Source of the DNA: an uncultured delta proteobacterium | GTDB taxonomy: Bacteria; Desulfobacterota; Binatia; UBA9968 | Assembly: GCA_963727625.1 (NCBI GenBank) | Contig: CAVSHR010000009.1 | Span: 128,001-192,000 of the forward strand | Length of the DNA stretch: 64,000 bases | Direction: 5' to 3' | Program-made: the position numbers and the translations under genes | The notes under the pieces: generated by a model | Databases searched by the model: none | What the model was told of the DNA's origin: nothing | What the model saw: only the letters and a program-made list of their open reading frames with translations | Part shown: positions 10,301 to 20,819 of the stretch, piece after piece | Layout: every line of letters starts with the position of its first letter | How positions within the stretch are numbered: position 1 is the stretch's first letter

Positions 10301-10954
10301 TATGCCATCAAGATCGATGACATGACCCGGCGTCTTGCGCAAAACCCGGCTGAGCTACAGGATCGCGGCGAGACACAGGCCAACCGTGAACAAAGCCTCC
10401 GCAGCGAGATCGACCGGCTGATTCGCGAAGCACAGGAGAGGAATCAAATCCTCCAGGACCGCAACGAGGAGCTGGTACGGGTCAAGGCCGAGATGGACCA
10501 ACTGCACGATCGGCTTAATCAAATCGAATCGTCAGCGTCTCAAGCCGAGAACGCCCTTGCCAGCGAAACTGAACGCATGCGCGCTGAATTTCAAGCCCAG
10601 CTTGCCCTATTGCAGGCCGAGCTCAGTCAGAAGGAATGGGCGCTGGAGGAGCAGCGCGGCGCGGCCAAGGGAATCGACCAGACACAATCTCAACAAATCG
10701 AATCGTTGCACCAGCAGTATCGCCATCAGATTGAAACCCTGCGCCAACAGTTGACCCAAGCGGAATCTGGTCCAAAAGAAGCCAATGATCGATTCGTTCT
10801 CGGCGAAGATCGATTGAAACAGGAAAGAGAAGATCGGCTGAAAAAGTACCGAGAAGCGATGGCCGAAATATCGCATGGTCCGGATTCGTCATCTCCCGCT
10901 TCGGAGAATCGCCGCTGGCGCAGCCGGTTTAACTGGAAACGACGCTGGAAATGA
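7361..10954 (+). CDS. Giant (~1197 aa) repetitive coiled-coil protein of unknown function with basic/Trp-rich C-terminus
   Basis: E/Q/A/L/R-rich heptad sequence, almost no Pro/Gly, no Walker motifs, TM segment or signal peptide, internal repeats. Ends RRWRSRFNWKRRWK. ATG 7361 preferred over TTG 7319. Confidence 0.85.
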   Translation: MDFSKFPKSDPAALLLNEIEILQAQARLIELYLKQAQATSDDEIARLHARYENELTALRAELAAKEASARRESEPAPDAGLREQFESLKNQLAEEQRAVESRNAELHSAKSDADDLRDRISQLEFVHQQAQAAVSQTVQARQELEADLATVRGQLADQQEGLQQHQRVAHQIQESLQSQLAQLHDQLATQSYNAATELEAAANEIAALRYHIGELQASLQETQGRAAREIEQARAQSDAELAILRSTLETREQSLRENQAATIEIEGNLKSEILGIRNQLAQKQALVESRVQELSAASARVALLEQELAERVAAHHSAHAKAEELDALRRANENQIAELEHQVAVKERALGERQEAVTAVELALHSRIQALQQELARNRSEIQEREVDASTARAEAESLRGRISALESAAADAALRAQELAEAASRDLQKEINGLRATLARQESTAAYRENALKSALDELNAEINQRRRELEQQHELTDQLNSEIEQVRGNIAAAEKQKAQSEQARSRVEENWLEASNICRDLETRLEAKDAELNARLADLREHNESTLREREGTFQAHEAQLQDELRRLREQCQNHHDAMAEAHLELDALRAEIAALEVRHSQTEQFRCELEKNLEEALAHGKDLQSRLDAKDQELRDSAAAAQLEKEVALTARDEALKSLVGQLSGEIDQLRAQTQEQQSEAAEAQNEINRLREAITALDAGVHAKDEELKATRITAVDQARQLDSKIKELQCQIAEKQLLVESRVAEVAGLEAELSRATEHLARRDAAEDETRNTYLRDTEAIRTAHLAELSSLQEQFRAERQGPENELARAQLDVALLNQQVSEMEEQRRAAETRLQEREQELAAVAAEASHLHTRLDQVEALRQKEQAATEADEQARQGLDGELATLRYELQQKAWALAQQQATLDNSALAHKNQIQKFESRIDEQQRGIEERDGALESAHLRAQSLEQRVNELQAELQQAERTALEQTQQLTEDYAIKIDDMTRRLAQNPAELQDRGETQANREQSLRSEIDRLIREAQERNQILQDRNEELVRVKAEMDQLHDRLNQIESSASQAENALASETERMRAEFQAQLALLQAELSQKEWALEEQRGAAKGIDQTQSQQIESLHQQYRHQIETLRQQLTQAESGPKEANDRFVLGEDRLKQEREDRLKKYREAMAEISHGPDSSSPASENRRWRSRFNWKRRWK

Positions 10955-11062
10955 TAGCAACGACGAATCCGATCCGGGGTCAAAACTAAGCTTCAGGCCC
11001 TGCGCGCTATTCAACAATGAGGTGATCGCTTTGGGCGCTAAATTAGCCGCAAAAGGAAGAAC

Positions 11063-11791
11063 ATGATACAAACCGAACGCATCCCGACGGGAATCACAGG
11101 GCTCGACCCATTGATCGAAGGCGGCCTGCCGAAAGGGCGGTCGTTTCTCATAACCGGGGAGCCGGGGACGGGAAAAACCATATTTGCACTGCAATTTCTT
11201 TTTGATGGACTGAAGCGCGGAGACAAAGGCATCTATGTAACCGCCGATGAAAGTCCCGTGGATGTTCTCGAACAGGCGGCGTCCTTGGGATGGGATTTCG
11301 AGTCCTACGTCGAGACCAAAGAACTGGCGATCTTGAACGCCGGAACCTATCTCACCACACTGCCGGGGCAAGGCAAGGAGCGGCCCATCGATCTCATTAA
11401 AGCAGTCGGCGATCTTGCCGGCTTCGTCAACCAGATCGGCGCCAAGCGCCTCGTGCTCGATCCCGCCGGTCCGTTCGTGCTGCTGCGCGACAGCACGGTC
11501 AGAATCCAAGATCAAACCCGCTTGCTGATTAAGCTGCTGCGCTCATCCATGCAGACGACGAATCTTCTGACGACCTACGCGGTGCCGCGCACCGGCGAAC
11601 GCAGCATGCACGGCATCGAGGAATACCTCGTCGCCGGCGCCATCGTGCTCGAGATGATATGGAAGGACGAAGGCCTTGGCCGAAGCTTGATCGTCGAAAA
11701 AATGCGCTGCACGGACGTCAAACCGAGGCAAATCGAATTCGATATCATCAAAGGCCAGGGCATCGTCGTACAACCGCCGCCGGAGCTTTAG
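11063..11791 (+). CDS. Single-domain KaiC-like / RAD55 RecA-superfamily ATPase
   Basis: RIPTGITGLDPLIEGGLPKG, Walker A GEPGTGKT, YVTADESP, RLVLD, RSLIVEKMR. Confidence 0.9.
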   Translation: MIQTERIPTGITGLDPLIEGGLPKGRSFLITGEPGTGKTIFALQFLFDGLKRGDKGIYVTADESPVDVLEQAASLGWDFESYVETKELAILNAGTYLTTLPGQGKERPIDLIKAVGDLAGFVNQIGAKRLVLDPAGPFVLLRDSTVRIQDQTRLLIKLLRSSMQTTNLLTTYAVPRTGERSMHGIEEYLVAGAIVLEMIWKDEGLGRSLIVEKMRCTDVKPRQIEFDIIKGQGIVVQPPPEL

Positions 11792-12040
11792 TTGGCCGGT
11801 GCTACAAATTCATCCGTCATCCTACGGTCCTAAATTCCGCCCATCCGGCAGGTTGTTCTTCCGCGTCCAACCGCCGTCCCATCTCTCGGCGCCAACGACC
11901 CATTTCAGCGGTTGACTGTCGCCACAAACCGGTTCGGGATTAAATCAACCTCAACAAACAGAGTTTTTCGCTTTCGGTGATTCCGTGTTTCTGTCCTGGG
12001 CGCAATATTTTTCTGAGATTTCTTGCGATTTTTCATTTTC

Positions 12041-12069
12041 TTGACAGCCGGCGCAATGATGCTTAGCTT
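12041..12069 (+). promoter_or_regulatory. Sigma-70-type promoter of clpB
   Basis: TTGACA-17 bp-TAGCTT, followed by GAGGTG RBS before ATG 12092. Confidence 0.55.
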
Positions 12070-12091
12070 TTTAGCATACGCGAGGTGAGAA

Positions 12092-14719
<2,628 letters not shown>

Positions 14720-14786
14720 GCGCGTCGTCGAGAAGAATCGCTCCGGGACTGGCGCGGGTTCGAAAAGCAATTCCTCCCCCTGGCAA

Positions 14787-14900
14787 GGTCTTCAGAGACC
14801 AGAAGAGAGCGAGTCGCACTCGGTCTAAAGTGGAACTCCAACAAGAGCTGAAAGCATCTCAGCCGCGTAAATCTTGTTAACCGTCCTCTGCGATCTGCGA
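14787..14900 (+). ncRNA. Candidate structured RNA of unknown class between clpB and the MFS cluster
   Basis: Nested perfect stems AACAAGA/TCTTGTT and GCTGA/TCAGC, hairpins GGTCT/AGACC and CGAGT/ACTCG, immediately followed by a terminator. Confidence 0.35.
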
Positions 14901-14902
14901 TG

Positions 14903-14940
14903 AGAGGGGGGCAGTCCGATAAGGCGTGCCCCCTTTTTTT
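14903..14940 (+). terminator. Rho-independent terminator
   Basis: GGGGGCA (14907-14913) pairs with TGCCCCC (14927-14933), followed by T7. Confidence 0.8.
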
Positions 14941-14945
14941 AAGTC

Positions 14946-15281
14946 ATGGCCGATTCAATGATCGCGGACGAGCAAAAAGCCCGCTCTCGACGGGTCCTGT
15001 ACCGGGTTTCGCTCGGCCTTGCCCAAGTCGCCGTCAATCATCGCGCGATTCAGATCGCCTTGCCGACCCTGACTCATGGATTTGGGGCGAATTGTCGTTT
15101 ATCGAGTGGGTACGGATTGGCCGCCGGCGGCTTGACGACGCAGCAGACCGAATCGCCCGAGGGTGGGTCGGCCGCGCCCAAGCAATTTCTCCAGGTGTTC
15201 GGCTCCACCGTTCATTTCGTCAATGGCTTCGCGCTTTTGGCGATTTTGTTTTCAGCTTTGCGCGGGGGTAATAGAAGTTAA
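14946..15281 (+). pseudogene. Internally deleted MFS transporter paralog (first and last helices only)
   Basis: N-part VNHRAIQIALPTLT matches LDQRALLVALPTLT of the next gene; LSFIEWV (other frame) matches LSTIQWV; C-part YGLAAGG...TVHFVNGFALLAILFSALRG matches YGLAAAG...TVHIVNLFTLLSVLFSAVRG. Confidence 0.8.
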
Positions 15282-15323
15282 CCGCCGACCGGGTGATCAC
15301 GCTACCGCGGCCGCTAGGACACC

Positions 15324-16760
15324 ATGGAATCCTCCGAAGCAAAACCCGCCAATCAACGCCGTCTCACGCTCATTCTTTTCAACGTCTGTGTCGGTCAATT
15401 CATCGTCGGTCTCGACCAGCGCGCCTTGTTGGTCGCGCTGCCGACGCTGACCCAGACGTTCAAGACCAGCCTGTCCACCATCCAGTGGGTGCTGCTTATT
15501 TATGATTTGCTCCTGATCGGCACGGTGATCACCGTCGGGCGCCTCGGTGATCTATTCGGCCGGCGGCGCTTTTACAGCTGCGGCTTTCTGGTTTTTGTGC
15601 TGAGCTCGGCGCTCTGCGGCGCCGCCCAGTCGGCCTGGCAGATTATTTTATTTCGTGGCATGCAGGCCATCGGCGGCGCGATGATCTCGGCCAATGGACG
15701 CGCGGTCGCTTCCATCGCCTTGCCCGCGAGCGAGCGCGGCAAGGCAATGGGCTTCGCCTCCATGGCGTTTCACATCGGTTTTTTAACCGGCCCGACGCTC
15801 GGCGGATTTTTAATCGACAGCATCGGTTGGCGCTGGATTTTTTACCTTAATCTACCGGTCGGTCTTTGGGGCGCCTACCTGGCGTGGACGCTTCTGGAAG
15901 AAAGCAAAGAAACGGTCAAAGGCATCACGGTCGATTTGCCGGGGGCGATTCTGCTCATGCTGACTTGCACGCTGTTAATCTACGGCATGAACCAGCTACC
16001 GCATGTCGGTTGGGACAGCCCCTTGGTGACCTGGATGCTCGCGCTCGCCGCCGTCGCCCTGGTGCTGTTCGTGATCGTCGAGCTTAAATCGCCCATGCCG
16101 ATTCTGAGTTTTTCGCTGTTTCACAATCGGCTGTTTAGCGCATCCATCCTTAGCCTGTTTTTCATCACCTCGACGCAATCCGCCATCAGCTTTCTAATGC
16201 CATTTTACCTGCAAAACATTTTGCTTTTTTCGCCGACCCAAATGGGCTGGATCATCATCGCCAATTCGGTCGTCATCGTGATGGTCGCACCGGTCGCCGG
16301 CTGGCTGTCGGACCGCATGGGCTCGCGACTGCTCTGCTCGGTCGGTTCGGCCTTGATCGTCGCCGGGCAGTTTTTCATCGCCTCCCTGGGCGCCGACTCG
16401 TCTGTCCCGCGCATCATCTTTCCGCTTGTGCTGACCGGTTTCGGCTGGGCGATCTTCAATTCGCCGAACCAAAGCGCGATCTTGGGTTCCGTGCCGCGCG
16501 ACAAAGTCGGCACGGCGTCGGGCATGAATACCACCACGGCTCGCACCGGCGGCGCCATGGGCGTAGCCCTCTCCACCACCTTGTTTACCTACGGCCTGGC
16601 CGCCGCTGGGATGACCCGGGCACAAATCGAAGCGCCGCAATCTTGGGGCAGCGCGCCGGAGATTTTCGTTCACTCGTTCAATCACACGGTTCATATCGTC
16701 AATCTTTTCACCCTGCTATCGGTGCTTTTTTCGGCGGTCCGAGGCCAGCGTCAGGAATAA
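15324..16760 (+). CDS. MFS transporter, DHA2 (EmrB/QacA-like) type
   Basis: Motif A GRLGDLFGRRR, GPTLGGFLI..IGWRWIFYLNLP, AGWLSDRMGSR, about 14 hydrophobic segments. Confidence 0.92.
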   Translation: MESSEAKPANQRRLTLILFNVCVGQFIVGLDQRALLVALPTLTQTFKTSLSTIQWVLLIYDLLLIGTVITVGRLGDLFGRRRFYSCGFLVFVLSSALCGAAQSAWQIILFRGMQAIGGAMISANGRAVASIALPASERGKAMGFASMAFHIGFLTGPTLGGFLIDSIGWRWIFYLNLPVGLWGAYLAWTLLEESKETVKGITVDLPGAILLMLTCTLLIYGMNQLPHVGWDSPLVTWMLALAAVALVLFVIVELKSPMPILSFSLFHNRLFSASILSLFFITSTQSAISFLMPFYLQNILLFSPTQMGWIIIANSVVIVMVAPVAGWLSDRMGSRLLCSVGSALIVAGQFFIASLGADSSVPRIIFPLVLTGFGWAIFNSPNQSAILGSVPRDKVGTASGMNTTTARTGGAMGVALSTTLFTYGLAAAGMTRAQIEAPQSWGSAPEIFVHSFNHTVHIVNLFTLLSVLFSAVRGQRQE

Positions 16761-16783
16761 GCCGACCGGGCAAGGAAACTTTA

Positions 16784-18220
16784 ATGACGCCCTCGGTTGC
16801 ACAAGGAACTTCGCGGCGAACCTCGCAGCTCATTTTGTTGAGCGTCTGCCTCGGCCAGACTATCGTCGGCCTCGATCAGCGCGCCATCACCGTCGCGCTG
16901 CCGACGCTGACGACAACTTTCCACACGGCGTTCACGACCATTCAGTGGACCATTCTAGTCTACGATTTGGTGCTCATCGGCCTGATCATCACCATGGGCC
17001 GCCTCGGCGATATTTTTGGCCGGCGCCGCTTTTACACCCTGGGCTTTCTTATTTTCGTAAGCGCATCGGCGCTCTGTGGTCTATCGCAAAGCACCGGGCA
17101 ATTGATTTTCTTTCGCGCTATTCAGGCCCTCGGCGGTTCGATGATCGCGGCCAACGGCCGGGCCATCGTCTCGGTCAACTTGCCGCCTGAGGAGCGCGGC
17201 CGTGCTCTTGGGTTGACTTCCACGGCATTTCACATCGGCTTTCTCACCGGCCCGGCACTAGGGGGCTTTCTCATCGACACCATCGGCTGGCGCTGGATTT
17301 TCTACATCAACATGCCGTTCAGCCTATGCGGCGCCTACCTGGCCTGGAAAGTCGTCCCCGAGACCCGCATAACGGAGAAGACGGCGGTCGATATTCCGGG
17401 CGCCTTGCTGCTGCTTGCGACCAACGGTCTGTTTATCTACGCCATCGATCAATTGCCGCGCACCGGCTGGTTGCACCCGACCTTTCTAACAATCCTGTCG
17501 CTCGCCGTCGCGGCGCTGGTGGTCTTGTTGCGCGTCGAAGCCCGGACTCCAACTCCGATTCTGATCTTGTCCATGTTTCGCACCCGGCTGTTTAGCGCCG
17601 GCATCTCGAGCCTGTTTCTCGTTGCCGGCACCCTCTCGGCGATCAATTTTCTGCTGCCGTTCTTTTTGCAAAACCTGCTCGGCTACTCACCCTCGCAGGT
17701 CGGCTGGATCATCGTCGCCGACTCGGTGATCATCATGGTCATGGCGCCCATCGCCGGCTCCCTCTCCGACCGCTTCGGTTCGCGCCTGCTCTGCACGGTC
17801 GGCTGTGCCGTCATTGCCGTCGCGCAATTTTTCCTGGCCACACTGCACATGGACGCGACGCTGGCGCGGATCATCTTGCCGCTCGGCCTTTGGGGAATCG
17901 GCTGGGCGCTGTTCAATGCGCCAAACCAAAGCTCGATCCTGGGCGCGGTCGGTCCGGATAAGATCGGCGCCGCCGCCGGCATGATCGCAACCACCGCCCG
18001 TACCGGCGGTGCCATGGGCGTGGCGCTGTCGGCAACGCTGTTCGGCTATCTACTGGCGTCCGCAGGTTTGACCGGCGCGCAAATCGGCGCGCCCGAAAGC
18101 TGGCGCGCCGCGCCGGAAACATTTCTGCACGCATTCTCAACCACCATCTATGTGCTTAATCTCTTCACTCTGGCGGCGGTATTTTGCTCGGCGGTCAGGG
18201 GCCGGCGCCGGGTCGATTGA
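16784..18220 (+). CDS. MFS transporter, DHA2 type (tandem paralog)
   Basis: GRLGDIFGRRR, IGWRWIFYINMP, colinear with 15324-16760. ATG 16784 after AAGGA. Confidence 0.92.
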   Translation: MTPSVAQGTSRRTSQLILLSVCLGQTIVGLDQRAITVALPTLTTTFHTAFTTIQWTILVYDLVLIGLIITMGRLGDIFGRRRFYTLGFLIFVSASALCGLSQSTGQLIFFRAIQALGGSMIAANGRAIVSVNLPPEERGRALGLTSTAFHIGFLTGPALGGFLIDTIGWRWIFYINMPFSLCGAYLAWKVVPETRITEKTAVDIPGALLLLATNGLFIYAIDQLPRTGWLHPTFLTILSLAVAALVVLLRVEARTPTPILILSMFRTRLFSAGISSLFLVAGTLSAINFLLPFFLQNLLGYSPSQVGWIIVADSVIIMVMAPIAGSLSDRFGSRLLCTVGCAVIAVAQFFLATLHMDATLARIILPLGLWGIGWALFNAPNQSSILGAVGPDKIGAAAGMIATTARTGGAMGVALSATLFGYLLASAGLTGAQIGAPESWRAAPETFLHAFSTTIYVLNLFTLAAVFCSAVRGRRRVD

Positions 18221-18488
18221 CCGGCGACCCTTATTGATATTGAATTGCCGAATCGAGTGTTTTTTTGCACTTGACACAGATCATGGCGGCTCACTACTCT
18301 CCGGCGATCAAATAGCCGGCAGTCTACCCGGAGGTAGCCCTTAGAAATTGGATGGTGAAACAGTTCCATGCTGATAGTCCTGCTGGCTGTGGCAAGGCAA
18401 ATTTTATTTGGCTCCCCTATCTTCGCCGCCGAAGCGATCTCGGTGATTCGGCGCGACCAATGACTAAGAACACGACGCATCGCAACTC

Positions 18489-19610
18489 ATGAGCTGGTAT
18501 CTCCATATCGACATGGATGCGTTTTACGCATCGGTTGAACAGGTGCTCGACCCGAGCCTGAAGGGCAAACCGGTGATCGTCGGCGGCCGCAACGGCCGCG
18601 GCGTGGTCACTTCGGCTTCTTATGAAGCGCGCAAATTTGGCGTCCACTCGGCAATGCCGGGGTTTCAAGCGAAAAAGCTCTGCCCGCAAGGAATATTTTT
18701 GGCCAATCGGCGCCGTATCTATTCTGAATTCTCCGATAAAGTTTTTGCAATTCTGGAGCAGTATTCGCCAAATGTTAAGGCCCTTTCCATCGACGAAGGA
18801 CTCGTCGATTTAACCGGCACCGAGCGGCTCTTCGGCCCGCCGCTCACGACCGCCGACGGGATCATTCGTCGCATCGCGAGCGAGCTCGGCCTGCCCTCTT
18901 CCGGCGGGCTTTCGACCAGCAGAGTGACGGCGAAAATCGCTGCAACCCTGGCCAAGCCGCGCGGGCTTGTTTACGTGCCGGCCGGCTCGGAAGAAGATTT
19001 TCTCGAGCCCTTGGCCGTGGAAATGATTCCCGGCGTCGGCCCGAAAACGCTCAAGGCGCTTAATCTTAAAAAGATTAAAACTATCGCCGAGCTCTTACAA
19101 CGCGCTGATTTAGCGGCGCGCTATTTGGATCTCGGCGCAACGGCCGAGCGCCGCCATCATCACGATCATTCCGTCGGCAATGAAACGACTCTCGAAAAGC
19201 CGCTCAAGGGAATTGCCGAGATGGAAAAAATCCTCTGGGAGCTGGTCGAGGAAGTGGGCGGCAGATTGCGCAGGGAAGAATTATTCGCGCGCTGCCTGAC
19301 CGTAAAAATTCGCTACAGCGATTTTCACACGATCACCCGGTCGCGCACCCTGGCGGCACCGACTTGCTTCGACAAGGAAATGTTTGAAGTCACCGCCGGC
19401 TTGCTCCGGCAAAACCTCGCGCGCGGCCGAGCCGTGCGCCTGCTCGGCGTGAGCGCCAGCGCGCTGCAAAACTCGGGCTGGCAAGAACCGCTGTTGCAAC
19501 GTGACCGGCGCGAGTCTTTCGAGCGGCTTTATAAAGGCATCGACGCGCTGCGCCGGAAGTACGGCGAGAATGCTATCGGCGCAGCCACGCCGCGACAGCG
19601 CGCCGGTTGA
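18489..19610 (+). CDS. dinB: DNA polymerase IV (Y family)
   Basis: HIDMDAFYASVE, ASYEARKFGVHSAMP, SIDEG, AKPRG, VKIRYSDF, VRLLGV. Confidence 0.93.
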   Translation: MSWYLHIDMDAFYASVEQVLDPSLKGKPVIVGGRNGRGVVTSASYEARKFGVHSAMPGFQAKKLCPQGIFLANRRRIYSEFSDKVFAILEQYSPNVKALSIDEGLVDLTGTERLFGPPLTTADGIIRRIASELGLPSSGGLSTSRVTAKIAATLAKPRGLVYVPAGSEEDFLEPLAVEMIPGVGPKTLKALNLKKIKTIAELLQRADLAARYLDLGATAERRHHHDHSVGNETTLEKPLKGIAEMEKILWELVEEVGGRLRREELFARCLTVKIRYSDFHTITRSRTLAAPTCFDKEMFEVTAGLLRQNLARGRAVRLLGVSASALQNSGWQEPLLQRDRRESFERLYKGIDALRRKYGENAIGAATPRQRAG

Positions 19611-19655
19611 TTTTCCCCTCAAAGCTCCTTACTGTTTTTTCACACGTTACCGATC

Positions 19656-20708
19656 ATGGCCAATTCTACCCATGCTTTTCTCGCGGCTTGCCGGCGCGAG
19701 GCGGCTTCATACACGCCAATCTGGCTGATGCGCCAAGCCGGCCGCTATATGGAAGATTATCGCAAACTGCGAGCGCGGCATGATTTTCTTGAATTGTGCA
19801 AAAATCCCGACCTTGCCGCGGAAATTACGATCACGCCGGTGGAGCGACTCGGCGTCGACGCGGCGATTCTGTTCGCCGATATTTTACTGATCCTCGAACC
19901 CATGGGTGTCGGCTTGGAATATTCCAAAGGCGATGGCCCGGTGATCCATCGCCCGGTGCGCAGCGGCAAGGACGTCGACGGCCTGAAGGATTTCGCGCCG
20001 GCGAAAGATTTGGAGTTTGTTTACGATGCAGTGAAAAAAATCAGCAAGGCGCTGAAAAACAAAGTGCCGCTCATCGGCTTCGCCGGCGCGCCGTTCACGC
20101 TAGCATCCTATCTGATCGAAGGCGGCGGCTCACGCAACTACGTGCATACCAAGAAACTTTTCTATAACGCTCCGGAGGCGTGGCAGCGCCTGATGGAGCG
20201 GCTCGCCAATGCGGTCGCGGAATATTTGAATTGCCAGATCGCCGCTGGCGCCCAGGCGGTCCAGTTGTTCGACAGCTGGGCCGGCTGTTTGACGCCGATG
20301 GATTATGAACGCTTTGCTCAGCCCTACACCAAGACAGTGATCGACGCCATTACCCCGGGCGTTCCGGTGATTAACTTCAGCACCGGCACCACCGGCGCGC
20401 TCAAACAGATTCGCGCCGCCGGCGGCGACGTGATCGGTCTGGACTGGCGCGTGAACCTCGACGAGGGTTGGGCCACGGTCGGCCACGATGTTGCGGTGCA
20501 AGGCAATCTCGATCCGGTCGCCCTGTTCGCCGCACCCAAGGAAATTAAAGCACGCGCCGGCGATATTCTGCGCCGCGCCGGCGGACGGCCCGGCCATATT
20601 TTCAATCTCGGGCACGGCGTTTTGCCCGAAACGCCGGTGGACCACGTGATCGCCTTGGTCGAAGCGGTGCACGAGCTCAGCGCGAGGAATACTGGAGTAA
20701 TGGAGTGA
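19656..20708 (+). CDS. hemE: Uroporphyrinogen decarboxylase
   Basis: PIWLMRQAGRY, DAAILFADIL, LIGFAGAPFTLASY, QLFDSWAG, QGNLDP, IFNLGHGV. Confidence 0.96.
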   Translation: MANSTHAFLAACRREAASYTPIWLMRQAGRYMEDYRKLRARHDFLELCKNPDLAAEITITPVERLGVDAAILFADILLILEPMGVGLEYSKGDGPVIHRPVRSGKDVDGLKDFAPAKDLEFVYDAVKKISKALKNKVPLIGFAGAPFTLASYLIEGGGSRNYVHTKKLFYNAPEAWQRLMERLANAVAEYLNCQIAAGAQAVQLFDSWAGCLTPMDYERFAQPYTKTVIDAITPGVPVINFSTGTTGALKQIRAAGGDVIGLDWRVNLDEGWATVGHDVAVQGNLDPVALFAAPKEIKARAGDILRRAGGRPGHIFNLGHGVLPETPVDHVIALVEAVHELSARNTGVME

Positions 20709-20809
20709 TGGAGTACTGGAGTGACGGAGTACTGGAGTAATGTTTCATACGCGATGACCGATCAAGCCGTTATTCCATCATTCCAACACTCCATCACTCC
20801 AGTATTCCA
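20685..20809. repeat. Octamer tandem array (TGGAGTRV-like) with inverted complementary array
   Basis: Six to seven TGGAGTAA/TGGAGTGA/TGGAGTAC units at 20685-20740 and five TCACTCCA/TCATTCCA/GTATTCCA units at 20770-20809. Confidence 0.85.
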
Positions 20810-20819
20810 GTAAGTTCCC

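Noticed and set aside
7361-10954. SMC/SbcC or phage tape-measure identity for the giant coiled coil
   Set aside because: No Walker A/B, hinge or Zn-hook motif, and no phage genes nearby.
14740-14850. Partial resemblance to ZTP (GACTGGCG...GTGG), Moco (CCTCCC...TGG.AAGG) or T-box (GTGGAAC) riboswitches
   Set aside because: Each lacks essential conserved elements (ZTP 3' CGCCTGGG, Moco P2, T-box stem I). Kept only as an unclassified structured RNA.
18368-18463. 31-aa ORF resembling a signal peptide (MLIVLLAVA...FAAEAI) upstream of dinB
   Set aside because: Too short to support; possibly a remnant of an exported-protein gene. No LexA box could be identified here either.
20685-20809. CRISPR-like array
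   Set aside because: Units are 8 nt with no spacers and there are no cas genes. The same applies to the other short repeats.
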